Part shown: positions 1 through 8,636 of the stretch, one piece after another
Position numbering within the stretch: position 1 is the stretch's first letter
Layout of the letters: each line of letters opens with the position of its first letter
Assembly (NCBI GenBank): GCA_027593235.1
Contig: JAQCIU010000009.1
Location: 1-64,000 of the forward strand
Source of the DNA: Chloroflexota bacterium
GTDB taxonomy: Bacteria > Chloroflexota > Dehalococcoidia > UBA2979
DNA: 64,000 nt
Direction: 5' to 3'
Position numbers and translations under genes: made by a program
The notes under the pieces: generated by a model
What the model saw: the letters and a program-made list of their open reading frames with translations, nothing else
The model's database searches: none
What the model was told of the DNA's origin: nothing

Positions 1-28
1 GGTCAGGACGTCGTAAGAACCAAGTCTC

Positions 29-69
29 TGGTGGACTTGCCAGGGGTTCGAGCCCCCTCAGGTCCACCA
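29..69 (+). mobile_element. att-like site: tRNA-Ala-type 3' end (T-arm, acceptor 3' strand, ACCA) preceded by an inverted copy of its own 3' end
   Basis: AGGGG-TTCGAGC-CCCCT T-arm (42-58), then CAGGTCC-A-CCA (59-69; U70 and discriminator A fit Ala identity). Upstream TGGTGGACTTG (29-39) is the reverse complement of 59-69 with 1 mismatch; no anticodon arm is present. Confidence 0.65.
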
Positions 70-152
70 CCCAATCCGCACGGTCCCAACCTCCTCCACG
101 CCGCGCTCGATCCCGCCGAGGCTCACCGGCTCAGTCCTTGCTGCCCCTCCCT

Positions 153-698
153 TCAGCGACCCAGCCGGCCGAGCGCAAGCCTGAGTAGAGCGAGCGCATC
201 TGCGCGTGAATCAACCCCGTGGACGATCACGCCGCGATCTGGACCAAATGCCGCCACCGATTCACTGCGGGGATCGGCCCATGACTCGAAACCAACGGCC
301 CGCGCATCCTCGGTGAAGCTCGCGAGCAGCGCACTTCGCCACCGCGCGAATCCGTCGCTGGTGTTGAACACCAACTGAATGAAGACGCCGTTGCCGCTCC
401 AGTAGCAGGAGGACGCGATACGCCCGACCGGAGTGACATCGACGCCCACCACACGCTCGACCTCGGCCGCGGTAAGGAGCGCGTCGCACTCGATGTCGGC
501 CATACCCAGTGGCGGCCCTCGGAACTCGATTGGCAGGCCGTCAGGTGAGCTGCTCGTAGGGCTCCCCACGCCCTCTGGCGGAACGGTTCCTCCAGCAACA
601 GGCGCGGAGCCACCGTTACACCCGGCTACCGCTGCCAGGCAGAGGAGAAGAATCGCAACACGTGCAGAAACCATCGTTCGAGAGTGTCGGCGATCCAT
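153..698 (-). CDS. hypothetical lipoprotein
   Basis: Hydrophobic N-terminus with lipobox LAAVAG-C, a P/S/G linker and a small domain with two Cys. Confidence 0.7.
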   Translation of the reverse strand: MDRRHSRTMVSARVAILLLCLAAVAGCNGGSAPVAGGTVPPEGVGSPTSSSPDGLPIEFRGPPLGMADIECDALLTAAEVERVVGVDVTPVGRIASSCYWSGNGVFIQLVFNTSDGFARWRSALLASFTEDARAVGFESWADPRSESVAAFGPDRGVIVHGVDSRADALALLRLALGRLGR

Positions 699-802
699 CA
701 GCCAACTGTAGGGAGATTGGCGGGGTCGACCAGCACGTCACGCCGCACGACGCGCTGAGATCGGAGCACCCCAGCGCCAGCTACGAGTTCGGGGTGCGCC
801 AG

Positions 803-1312
803 CTATGAGTTCGGCGCGTGCTCCGGTAACCGGAGCACCTGACCAACCTCGATGCGGTTCGGGTCCGCGAGGCCGTTCAACTCCGCCAAGGCCTGTGGTG
901 TCGTCCCGTGGCGAACCGCGATCTCGTAGAGCACATCGCCTGCCGCCACCACGTACGTCCCCGGCGCCGCCTCGACCGGCGGCGTGCTCGCCGACGTGTC
1001 GACGCTCGTTCCCACCACCGAGGGCTGGTCGGTCACCGTCGTGACGCCGTCGTTCGTCGTCGCCGCGGGGACCTCGTCGCCGGCGTCGACGGACGCCGCG
1101 CTCGGCACGCCAGCCTCGGCGCCCCGGCTATCGAGGTAGATCGCGATGTTCGCGGCGGACCCCGCCAGAACCACCAGGAACCCCAGCGCCAGCGCCGTAT
1201 CTCGCGCGATCAGCAACCAGGGTCGGTTGCTGAAACGATCCAGCAGCGACGGTTCGGCGGGCGGGGGTGGGGCGAGCGGAGCTTCAACGTTCACCCCGCG
1301 ATCATCGACCAC
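803..1312 (-). CDS. membrane-anchored LysM peptidoglycan-binding protein
   Basis: One TM segment, T/S/A linker, C-terminal YVVAAGDVLYEIAVRHGTT...LAELNGLADPNRIEVGQVLRLP (LysM). Confidence 0.9.
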   Translation of the reverse strand: MVDDRGVNVEAPLAPPPPAEPSLLDRFSNRPWLLIARDTALALGFLVVLAGSAANIAIYLDSRGAEAGVPSAASVDAGDEVPAATTNDGVTTVTDQPSVVGTSVDTSASTPPVEAAPGTYVVAAGDVLYEIAVRHGTTPQALAELNGLADPNRIEVGQVLRLPEHAPNS

Positions 1313-1425
1313 CCGTATCCCCGACTTCAGGGTTTGCCCCAGGACTCTGGAACCGGGAGGTGCGATGACGTTGAAACCCCCGCGCCCTGGTGGCCCGGGC
1401 GCGGGGGCGGTGCCGCTGGTGACGG

Positions 1426-3036
1426 CTAAGCGCCGCAGTTCACCAGCATCGGCGTCTGAGGCGGAATCTGCTGCGGATAAAGCGAGATCACCTGCGCGTT
1501 TACGAATGCCGGCGCGCCTGCCAGGTAGCCGATCATCGCGCCGCTTTCGCTCACCCAGAACGAACTCACCTCACAGCCAACCAGGTGACCGGCCGCCAGC
1601 ACCTCATCGATCTGGCCTCCACCCCAGACCGCCAGCGCGATCCCGTCAGTCGGGAGCGTTCCGCTGAACGTCGGGCTCACCGCTCCCGCCGCCGCGGTGA
1701 TCGAAATGTTCGCGATGTAGCCCCCGGTGCTCGAATCCAGCAACCCGCCGATCACCAGCAGATAGTCGCCCGTCACCGGAGCCGTGAACTGCAACAGCGG
1801 ATTCAAACCCCAGACGCCGCCGCCACTGTCGTCATCCCACTCCAGCAGTTCCATCGTCCCGTCGTTGAACTCCACCGCCACGAACTGATCCACCAGCAAG
1901 CTGTCGACGGCGACGCCCAGGCGCTGCCCCTTCTCCAGCGGGACCACGAAGATGTCTCGATCAAACGGAATGTCTGCCTGCCCCCAGACGAGCTGGCTCT
2001 TCGTGATTACCTGGCGGTCATCCGAATCCGCGATCAACGACAACGCGGCAGTCGACGAAATGACGAACGTCCCCGCCTCGTCCGTCGCCTGAGCCACCAC
2101 CACGTAGATCGGCATCCCGAGCGCGGGGATCTCGAGCGACAGCGTCAGCATGCCCGCTTCCTCCGACTCAGCCGAATCCAACACCGTGCCGTCATCCCAG
2201 ACGAACCCCACCCACGCCGCGCCGGGCGCCTGCAGCTCGATCAACGCCGTCCCGGTGAAGATCGATGGAACCACGAAGAACGCCTCATCCAGGCTGTCCA
2301 ACAAGGTGAACGACTGATGGTTCTGGATCGCCCCCACCGCCTCAGGGAATCGCTTCCCCAGGTGGTCGACGTCCTGCCCAGCGAGTTCTGCTTGCAGCCG
2401 CGCCGCAACGTCAACCGCGGATGGATTGACCGCGGACGTCCCGTTCAACGACCACTCGTTGAAGGCGATGAGCTGCCCGGTCGCCGTAATCAAGGCGCCC
2501 CCGCTCATCCCGCCCATCACCGCGATGTTCGATTCGACGTACTCGATCCCGAGCGCCGGCCACGTGCGGAACCCCGTGATCTTGCCGTTCATCACCGTCA
2601 GCGGATGGCTGCCGTCCGGCAGCCCTGGGTAGCCGATCGAATAGACCTCGGTCCCGACGGGGTAGCTCGAGTGGTCGACGATCGGTAACGGCGCGACCGG
2701 CGCGTCGGACTTCAGCTCCAGGATCACCATGTCCGCCAGCAAGTCCCACGCCTTGACGACGACGTTCGTGCGCACATCCCCGTTGCTGAACGTCACCCGC
2801 ACCTGGTCGTGCGGGCGCACTACATGCGCGTTCATCATGATCTGCCGAGGCCCAACGACGACGCCGCTCCCGAACGCGAACGGCGTCTCGATCAGCACCA
2901 CCGCCGGCGCGATCAGCGTCTCTGCCTGGCCGGGCGTCAGTGTCCGCTGCTGCGCCGAGGCGTGCGGCGCCGGCGTGAACATCAGACCGATCGCAAGCAC
3001 CAACACGGCGGCAGCCGCACCACGGATTCCAGACAT
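1426..3036 (-). CDS. secreted trypsin-like (S1) serine protease with PPC-like domain and conserved C-terminal domain
   Basis: Signal peptide ending ASA; GSG, NAHV (His), ADM (Asp), GMSGG (Ser); DDDSGGG...NPLLQFTAPVTGDY resembles a PPC domain. Confidence 0.85.
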   Translation of the reverse strand: MSGIRGAAAAVLVLAIGLMFTPAPHASAQQRTLTPGQAETLIAPAVVLIETPFAFGSGVVVGPRQIMMNAHVVRPHDQVRVTFSNGDVRTNVVVKAWDLLADMVILELKSDAPVAPLPIVDHSSYPVGTEVYSIGYPGLPDGSHPLTVMNGKITGFRTWPALGIEYVESNIAVMGGMSGGALITATGQLIAFNEWSLNGTSAVNPSAVDVAARLQAELAGQDVDHLGKRFPEAVGAIQNHQSFTLLDSLDEAFFVVPSIFTGTALIELQAPGAAWVGFVWDDGTVLDSAESEEAGMLTLSLEIPALGMPIYVVVAQATDEAGTFVISSTAALSLIADSDDRQVITKSQLVWGQADIPFDRDIFVVPLEKGQRLGVAVDSLLVDQFVAVEFNDGTMELLEWDDDSGGGVWGLNPLLQFTAPVTGDYLLVIGGLLDSSTGGYIANISITAAAGAVSPTFSGTLPTDGIALAVWGGGQIDEVLAAGHLVGCEVSSFWVSESGAMIGYLAGAPAFVNAQVISLYPQQIPPQTPMLVNCGA

Positions 3037-3215
3037 CGTGAGTTCCCTCCGCCGAGGCGCAATCGGCGGCGCCGTCGTGGCCCTGCAATCTCACAGATGC
3101 CTGTCTGAATCGTCGACCGGCTCCCTCCAGAGTGAAGGCCCCCGGCCGATCCCACAGCCCACGCGGATCGACCGCTCCGAGGGCTGGGCCAGCTGTCGCA
3201 CCACGTGCGGACACG

Positions 3216-3239
3216 AAAACGCCCCCGTTTGGGAGCGCC
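3216..3239 (-). terminator. intrinsic terminator after the CheW-globin gene
   Basis: Minus strand GCGCTCCC-AAAC-GGGGGCGT followed by a T run. Confidence 0.6.
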
Positions 3240-3267
3240 TCCATCGGTCTACGCGCGCTGCCAGGTG

Positions 3268-4428
3268 CTAGACGGAGGCGGCCGCCTTTTTCGCCGCCGG
3301 CTTGCGGCTGCTCGCCTTCGCCGCGGGCTTGCTCGCTGCGGGCTTCTTCTCCGCCGCCTTGCTTGCCGCCGGCTGCTTCGCCGCTGGCGGCTCTACCTCC
3401 GCGGCCGCATCGATCATCACGGACGCGACCAGCGTGATCGCGTCGGACCACACGTCGCGCAGTTCGTTGCTCCACAGGTCGCCGGCGATCTCTCCGATCG
3501 TCTCGATCAAGACCGTCCCAACCGCCTCGTAGTGGGCCGGCACGGCGCCGTAGCCAACGTGACGGCGGCCCATCTCTTGCAGGTGCGGGACCAGCGCCTC
3601 CGGGCTCCGCAGCGACGCAATCACCGTCGCCAGGGCGGAGAGCAGCTTGCCGCGCTGCGCGGACATGTTCGTGCGGTCGAAGAGCGGCACCACAGCCGGG
3701 TGCTGCTCGAACAACTTCTCGTAGAACAGCGCCACCAGCTCCTCGGCGCGTGGCTTCACCAGCTCGAAGCTCTGCTCCAGTAGCTCGATGTTCAGGCCCA
3801 GGTCAACGCCCGCGAACTCCGAGGCGTCTGGCACTCCCGCCGGCGCCTCCTCGGCTGGAGCCTCAGCGGCCGGAGCATCCTCGGCGGCAACCGCGACGAC
3901 CTCGGCCTGCTCAACCACGCGCTCTCGCTGGCGCGCTGCTGGCACCTTGTCGGCGCCGCCGGCCAGCGCTCGCTGCAGGTTGATCAGCACGATCAGCCGG
4001 CCGTCCACGTCCGCCACACCCTCGAGATACTCCGACCGATCGGTCGTCACCTCGCCGGACAGCGCCTGCAACTGGTCGGACTTCAGGCTGACCACCCCGG
4101 TCACCGCGTCGACGTGCACGCCGACAAGCGCGTCGTCGACCTCGATCACAATGATCCGCGTCGCGTCGTTCACCTCGGAGGCGTGGAGCCCAACCCGCTT
4201 GCGCAGGTCGACAATCGGCGTCACACGGCCGCGCAGGTTGATGATGCCTTCGACGATCTCCGGCGTACCGGGGACCACCGTGATTGGCTGGTAGCGAATG
4301 ATCTCGCGGATATCGGCGATATCGACGCCGTAACCCTCGCCATCAAGCGCGAACTCGACGAGCAGGCGTTCCTGAACCGCGGCCCCGCGACTACCCGCGG
4401 CAAGGTCAAAAGACGTTTCGGCGGCCAT
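3268..4428 (-). CDS. CheW-globin fusion protein with Lys/Ala-rich tail
   Basis: N-terminal CheW (YGVDIADIREII...VPGTPEIVEGIINLRGRVTPIVDL...GVHVDAV). C-terminal flavohemoglobin-type globin (FYEKLF..HP...LF, QRGKL, MGRRHVGYG...HY). Confidence 0.9.
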   Translation of the reverse strand: MAAETSFDLAAGSRGAAVQERLLVEFALDGEGYGVDIADIREIIRYQPITVVPGTPEIVEGIINLRGRVTPIVDLRKRVGLHASEVNDATRIIVIEVDDALVGVHVDAVTGVVSLKSDQLQALSGEVTTDRSEYLEGVADVDGRLIVLINLQRALAGGADKVPAARQRERVVEQAEVVAVAAEDAPAAEAPAEEAPAGVPDASEFAGVDLGLNIELLEQSFELVKPRAEELVALFYEKLFEQHPAVVPLFDRTNMSAQRGKLLSALATVIASLRSPEALVPHLQEMGRRHVGYGAVPAHYEAVGTVLIETIGEIAGDLWSNELRDVWSDAITLVASVMIDAAAEVEPPAAKQPAASKAAEKKPAASKPAAKASSRKPAAKKAAASV

Positions 4429-4582
4429 GGATCCGCCGGCTACTCGTTGCGCTCAGTGGGCGCAGCACGAGTGTCGCCGGAGCAGGACGGCCTCCGTCTG
4501 CGGGTATTCCCGCAGACGGGGCCTGCGCGCGGTGACTGTCAGCCGATCAAAAGGATCGGAATTCCACCACGCCCACTGGCGA

Positions 4583-5398
4583 TTAGGCCAACAACTCAGC
4601 CGCCTGCAGCTTGAACTCTTTCATCATGTCGTCGGCGTAGGTGATCCGGCCGGACAGCTCGCTCGCGGGGCTGTAGGACAGGCGCAGACAAGCCTCCGCC
4701 ATGTGCTCCACCGGCGTCTGCCGGTCCTCGTTGGTCTCGTTGATCAGCTTGTGGTGGATCACGCCGGGCGTCGCCACCAGCCCGGGCGAAATCACGTTCA
4801 CGCTCACGCCGTCGGCGTACACCTCGGAGGCCAGCCCCGTGGTGAAGCGCTCCAGCGCCGCCTTACCCATGCCGTAAACCGTGCCGCCGCGACCACCGGC
4901 GTCCAGCTTCGGGTGAATCGCCGCGTGCGAAGAGACGTTGACGATCCAACCCGTCTTCCGCTCGACCATGCTCGGCAGCACGAGCTGGGAGAGGTGGAAC
5001 GGCGCGTAGACCTGCACCTCGTTCATCAGCTTCCAGCGACGCTCCGGGAAGTCGACCACCGGGATGAAGAAGGTGATCGCCGCGTTGTTGACCAGGATGT
5101 CAACCGGGCCGAACGCGTCGGTCGCCGCCTTGATCAGGTCATCGCGATCCTGCGCCACCGCGAGGTCGGAACGCACGGCCAGCGCTTCGCCGCCGGCATC
5201 GGTGATCCGCTTGACCACGCCGTTGATGCTGCCAGGCAGCGGGTGGTCGCCTTCCTCGACGGTGCGCGCCGAGACGACGACCTTCGCGCCCTCCTGTGCG
5301 TAGCGAAGCGCGATCGCCTCGCCGATGCCCCGCGAGGCGCCGGTGACGACCGCCACCTTGCCGGCGAGCAGTCCGTTCTTGTTAATCGATGCTGCCAT
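4583..5398 (-). CDS. SDR family oxidoreductase
   Basis: TGASRGIG, NNAA, YGMGK motifs; start moved to ATG at 5398 after an AAGGAG RBS. Confidence 0.9.
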   Translation of the reverse strand: MAASINKNGLLAGKVAVVTGASRGIGEAIALRYAQEGAKVVVSARTVEEGDHPLPGSINGVVKRITDAGGEALAVRSDLAVAQDRDDLIKAATDAFGPVDILVNNAAITFFIPVVDFPERRWKLMNEVQVYAPFHLSQLVLPSMVERKTGWIVNVSSHAAIHPKLDAGGRGGTVYGMGKAALERFTTGLASEVYADGVSVNVISPGLVATPGVIHHKLINETNEDRQTPVEHMAEACLRLSYSPASELSGRITYADDMMKEFKLQAAELLA

Positions 5399-5481
5399 TC
5401 GGTACTCCTTGCTCAACGCTCGTTGTCGCATACCGCCGGTGCGCGTCGAGCCGCACCGGCGCTATTCAATTCGATGCGGGG

Positions 5482-6831
5482 CTATCCCGCTGCTGCTGCC
5501 CCGGGTTTCGTCGGCGGCTCGATCACCGCGTCCGGTCGCAACGGCTTCTGCGCGAGGCTGATCAGCCCGATCGCCACAAGCGCGAAGAACGCCACCGCGA
5601 GAAACGCGCCGTCATAGTTGCCGACTTGGTCGAAGTAGACGGCGGTCAACAGCGGCGAGCTGGCGCTCAGGAAGAGCGCGAAAGGCATTCCCGCGCTCCG
5701 CACCGCACCCAGGTAGCGACGCCCGAAGAACCCCGCCCACACTACCTCCTGGAGCGGAATGAACCCGCCCCAGCCCACGCCCAGTAAGAAGAACGAGGTG
5801 TAAACGAGCACGTCGGCCCTCGCGCGTACGGAGAACACGAGCAGCACCAGCGATACCGCTGTGACGATGAATCCGAGGATCGACATCTGTTTCGCGTCGA
5901 TCCGGTCGATGAAGTATCCCCATACCGGCTTCGTCAGCATCGCCGGCACCGAAACGACCGTGATCATCAGCGCCGCCGTGGTACTGGAATACCCGGCATC
6001 CTCCATGTACGGGATCGCGTTGATCAGAATCATCCCGATCGAAAGGCCGCCCAGCCCGAAGGCGATCACGATCAGATAGAACGACCGGTTCCGCAGCGCC
6101 TCCGCTCGCGTCAGCGATGTCGCGTAGTCCGCAGCCGCGCGGGCGCCTCCACCGGCGGCGACCTCCGCCGCGGTCTTGCCGTCCGGGTACAGGCCGTGAT
6201 CCTCGGGCGTCCGCCGCATCAGGAACGACACCGGCAGCAGAATCAACACCGCACCAACGGCCAACCAGCGCCACGCCTCGCGCCAACCAATCGTATCGAT
6301 GAGGACCGCGGCCACCGGCGTGATCGCGATTCCCGCGAAAGACACACCCATCGCCGCGATCCCCGCGACGCGGCCCCGCCGCTCAACGAACCATTTCGCC
6401 AGCGTGACGTTCACTACGAGGTTGCCGGTCATCGCGGCACCCGACGTGAGCATCACCCCGTTCAGCAGCCACCACTGCCACAGCTCCTGGACGAACGACT
6501 GCGAAAACATCGCGGCGCCAAGCAGCACCGCGCCGACGCGCATCAGCCGCCGGCCACCATGGCGGTCCACGTACGAGCCGATGAACAGGCCGGTCATCGC
6601 GAACAGCGCCATCCCAATCGTGCGCGCGGCAACGTACTCGGGGCGGCTCCACCCCAACTCCTCGGTCATTGGCTTCTGGAAGGCGCCGAACACGTAGTTC
6701 TGGGCGCCAACGGAGATCAACTGGGCGACGAACGCCGCACCAACCAGCCACCAACCGAAGTAGACCCCTCGGATGCCACGCGCGGGCGCGACCGGCGGCG
6801 GTGCGGATGGTTCGGTTGCGGCCTCGGCCAA
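5482..6831 (-). CDS. MFS transporter
   Basis: About 12 hydrophobic segments; GSYVDRHGGRR motif A; WFVERRGR. Confidence 0.9.
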   Translation of the reverse strand: MAEAATEPSAPPPVAPARGIRGVYFGWWLVGAAFVAQLISVGAQNYVFGAFQKPMTEELGWSRPEYVAARTIGMALFAMTGLFIGSYVDRHGGRRLMRVGAVLLGAAMFSQSFVQELWQWWLLNGVMLTSGAAMTGNLVVNVTLAKWFVERRGRVAGIAAMGVSFAGIAITPVAAVLIDTIGWREAWRWLAVGAVLILLPVSFLMRRTPEDHGLYPDGKTAAEVAAGGGARAAADYATSLTRAEALRNRSFYLIVIAFGLGGLSIGMILINAIPYMEDAGYSSTTAALMITVVSVPAMLTKPVWGYFIDRIDAKQMSILGFIVTAVSLVLLVFSVRARADVLVYTSFFLLGVGWGGFIPLQEVVWAGFFGRRYLGAVRSAGMPFALFLSASSPLLTAVYFDQVGNYDGAFLAVAFFALVAIGLISLAQKPLRPDAVIEPPTKPGAAAAG

Positions 6832-6917
6832 GGCTCAGCCCTCTCACCGTGCCACCCTGAAACGGTGCAGCCGGTCGCGGCATCCTAGAGGAGTTTGGAG
6901 TTAGTTTCACGCGAACG

Positions 6918-7850
6918 TCAGAGTCGAGCCAGCTCCAACGTCCGTTGGCCCGATCGTGCCAGTTCGTCCCACCGCTCCGTGAAAACGTTGTACGCCTGCG
7001 CCTCCAGCCCGACGTAGAGCTGGCACGCGCGGAGCCGTTCGGCGAACCCGGGGACGCCGAGGCCAATCGCAGCGTAGTGCGCCCGCGCGGCGCCAACGAT
7101 GTCGACATCCGCCCACGCCGGGTACCACGGCACCCAGAAGGTGAGCCGCGCCAGGTCATAGAGGAAATCGCCATACATCGCGTTGGCCCAGTCGACGACC
7201 GCCGACACCTCGTCATTCAGCATCCGCAGGTTGTCCCCAACGATGTCCGTGTGCAGCAGGTGACGCCCCTCGGGAACGCTGGGCACGAGCGCCTCGAGCT
7301 GTCGGTACCCCGCCTCGAAAACCGCGAGGTCATCCGGTCGAGCCTCGAGCCGCGCGCGCCAACCGTAGGTTCGACCGCCCGGCGGATCATCGCCTACCGC
7401 CAGCAGTGCCGCCCGCCAGCTTGCGAACGGCGCATCGCCATCCGGCGCCCACATCCCGTACCCGCGCGTCCCCGACACGTCGGCCTCCCGCAACGCATCG
7501 AGGAATCCCAGGATCGACGGCAGCGCCCGCTCCAGCCCGGCAGCATCGAGGTGGTCGAGCGGCTCCCCGAACCGGCGTTCGGAGACCGCGTAGTAAGCAT
7601 CGAACGCCTCGCCGATCTCGATCACCGGCGGGATCGGCAAGCCGGGCCCCGCGTAGCGAACGGCGAACTCGTCCTTGCGGTAGTCCTCGATGTAGGCGCC
7701 GAAGCGGACGACCAGCTCGCGCTCCCCCGCGCGAAACGAAAACGCCTGAGACCACTCCCCCGCGCCAAGCGGAGCAACGTCCGTCACCGCCTGGAAGCGG
7801 CTCTCGAGGAAGCTCGTCGCCTCGGAGATGGAGTGTGACGCGCGAAACAT
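6918..7850 (-). CDS. aminoglycoside phosphotransferase family protein (hygromycin kinase-like)
   Basis: GAGEWSQAF nucleotide loop, HTDIVGDN catalytic motif, VDW, GDFLYDLA. Confidence 0.85.
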   Translation of the reverse strand: MFRASHSISEATSFLESRFQAVTDVAPLGAGEWSQAFSFRAGERELVVRFGAYIEDYRKDEFAVRYAGPGLPIPPVIEIGEAFDAYYAVSERRFGEPLDHLDAAGLERALPSILGFLDALREADVSGTRGYGMWAPDGDAPFASWRAALLAVGDDPPGGRTYGWRARLEARPDDLAVFEAGYRQLEALVPSVPEGRHLLHTDIVGDNLRMLNDEVSAVVDWANAMYGDFLYDLARLTFWVPWYPAWADVDIVGAARAHYAAIGLGVPGFAERLRACQLYVGLEAQAYNVFTERWDELARSGQRTLELARL

Positions 7851-7918
7851 CGCCCGCACGGTAGCGCACCGCGGGGCCCCTGCGCCCAGCCGTCATCGGG
7901 TGGGATGATGCCCGGGTC

Positions 7919-8581
7919 ATGCTCGAGGATCCGCACCCAATCAACCCGCCGCACGGCCTCGTCCGTCCGCTCGCGGCCGTCGCGATCGTCGGCCCGCTGT
8001 TCTACATCGGCCTCACCACGGGGCTCGGCCTCTTCGTCGACGGCTACGACCCGATCCGTGACACCCAGAGCGAACTCGGCGCCGTCGATTCGCCCGTCCA
8101 CCACCTGATGAACTTCGCGGGCTTCGCTCCGCTCGGCCTCTCGATCCTCGGCTTCGCGGCGCTCTACGCGCTCGTCGTGCGACGTGGCTGGGTGCAACTC
8201 CTCGCCGTGCTCTTGCTCGGTATTGCCGGCGTTGGAATGGTCGCGGTGTCGTTCTTCCCCTGCGATGCCGGATGCGTGGACATCACGGACACCGGTCGCA
8301 TGCACGGCCTGCTCAGCGCGCCCGGCGCGATCGGGCTGCCCGTCACCGCCATGATCTCCGCCTACCTGTTCCGCGATGACCCGCGCTTCGGCACCCGCTG
8401 GCAGTCCGTCTCGTTCTGGCTCGGTGCGCTCGCGCTCGCCTCGGGCCCTGTGGTCGCCGCCGGCCTCCTCGAGGACGCGGTCGGCCTCCTCCAACGCGCC
8501 GGGATGTGGTCCCCGCTGATCTGGATGTCCATCACCGCAGCTCGACTCGCTCCCGCCCCGACAGGTACCGGCTCCGAATAG
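7919..8581 (+). CDS. DUF998-like membrane protein
   Basis: GYDPIRDTQSELGA, FPCDAGC, H and GLLQR motifs in a multi-TM protein. Confidence 0.8.
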   Translation: MLEDPHPINPPHGLVRPLAAVAIVGPLFYIGLTTGLGLFVDGYDPIRDTQSELGAVDSPVHHLMNFAGFAPLGLSILGFAALYALVVRRGWVQLLAVLLLGIAGVGMVAVSFFPCDAGCVDITDTGRMHGLLSAPGAIGLPVTAMISAYLFRDDPRFGTRWQSVSFWLGALALASGPVVAAGLLEDAVGLLQRAGMWSPLIWMSITAARLAPAPTGTGSE

Positions 8582-8586
8582 CACGA

Positions 8587-8606
8587 AGCCCGGCTGGTGC
8601 CGGGCT
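8587..8606. terminator. hairpin between convergent genes
   Basis: AGCCCGGC-TGGT-GCCGGGCT. Confidence 0.55.
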
Positions 8607-8636
8607 CCGCATAAATCGAATCAAGGCCGGCAGCGG

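Noticed and set aside
1-69. Intact tRNA or tmRNA gene
   Set aside because: There is no anticodon arm 5' of the T-arm and the usual GGAC-to-T-stem junction of tmRNA is missing; reported as an att-like fragment instead.
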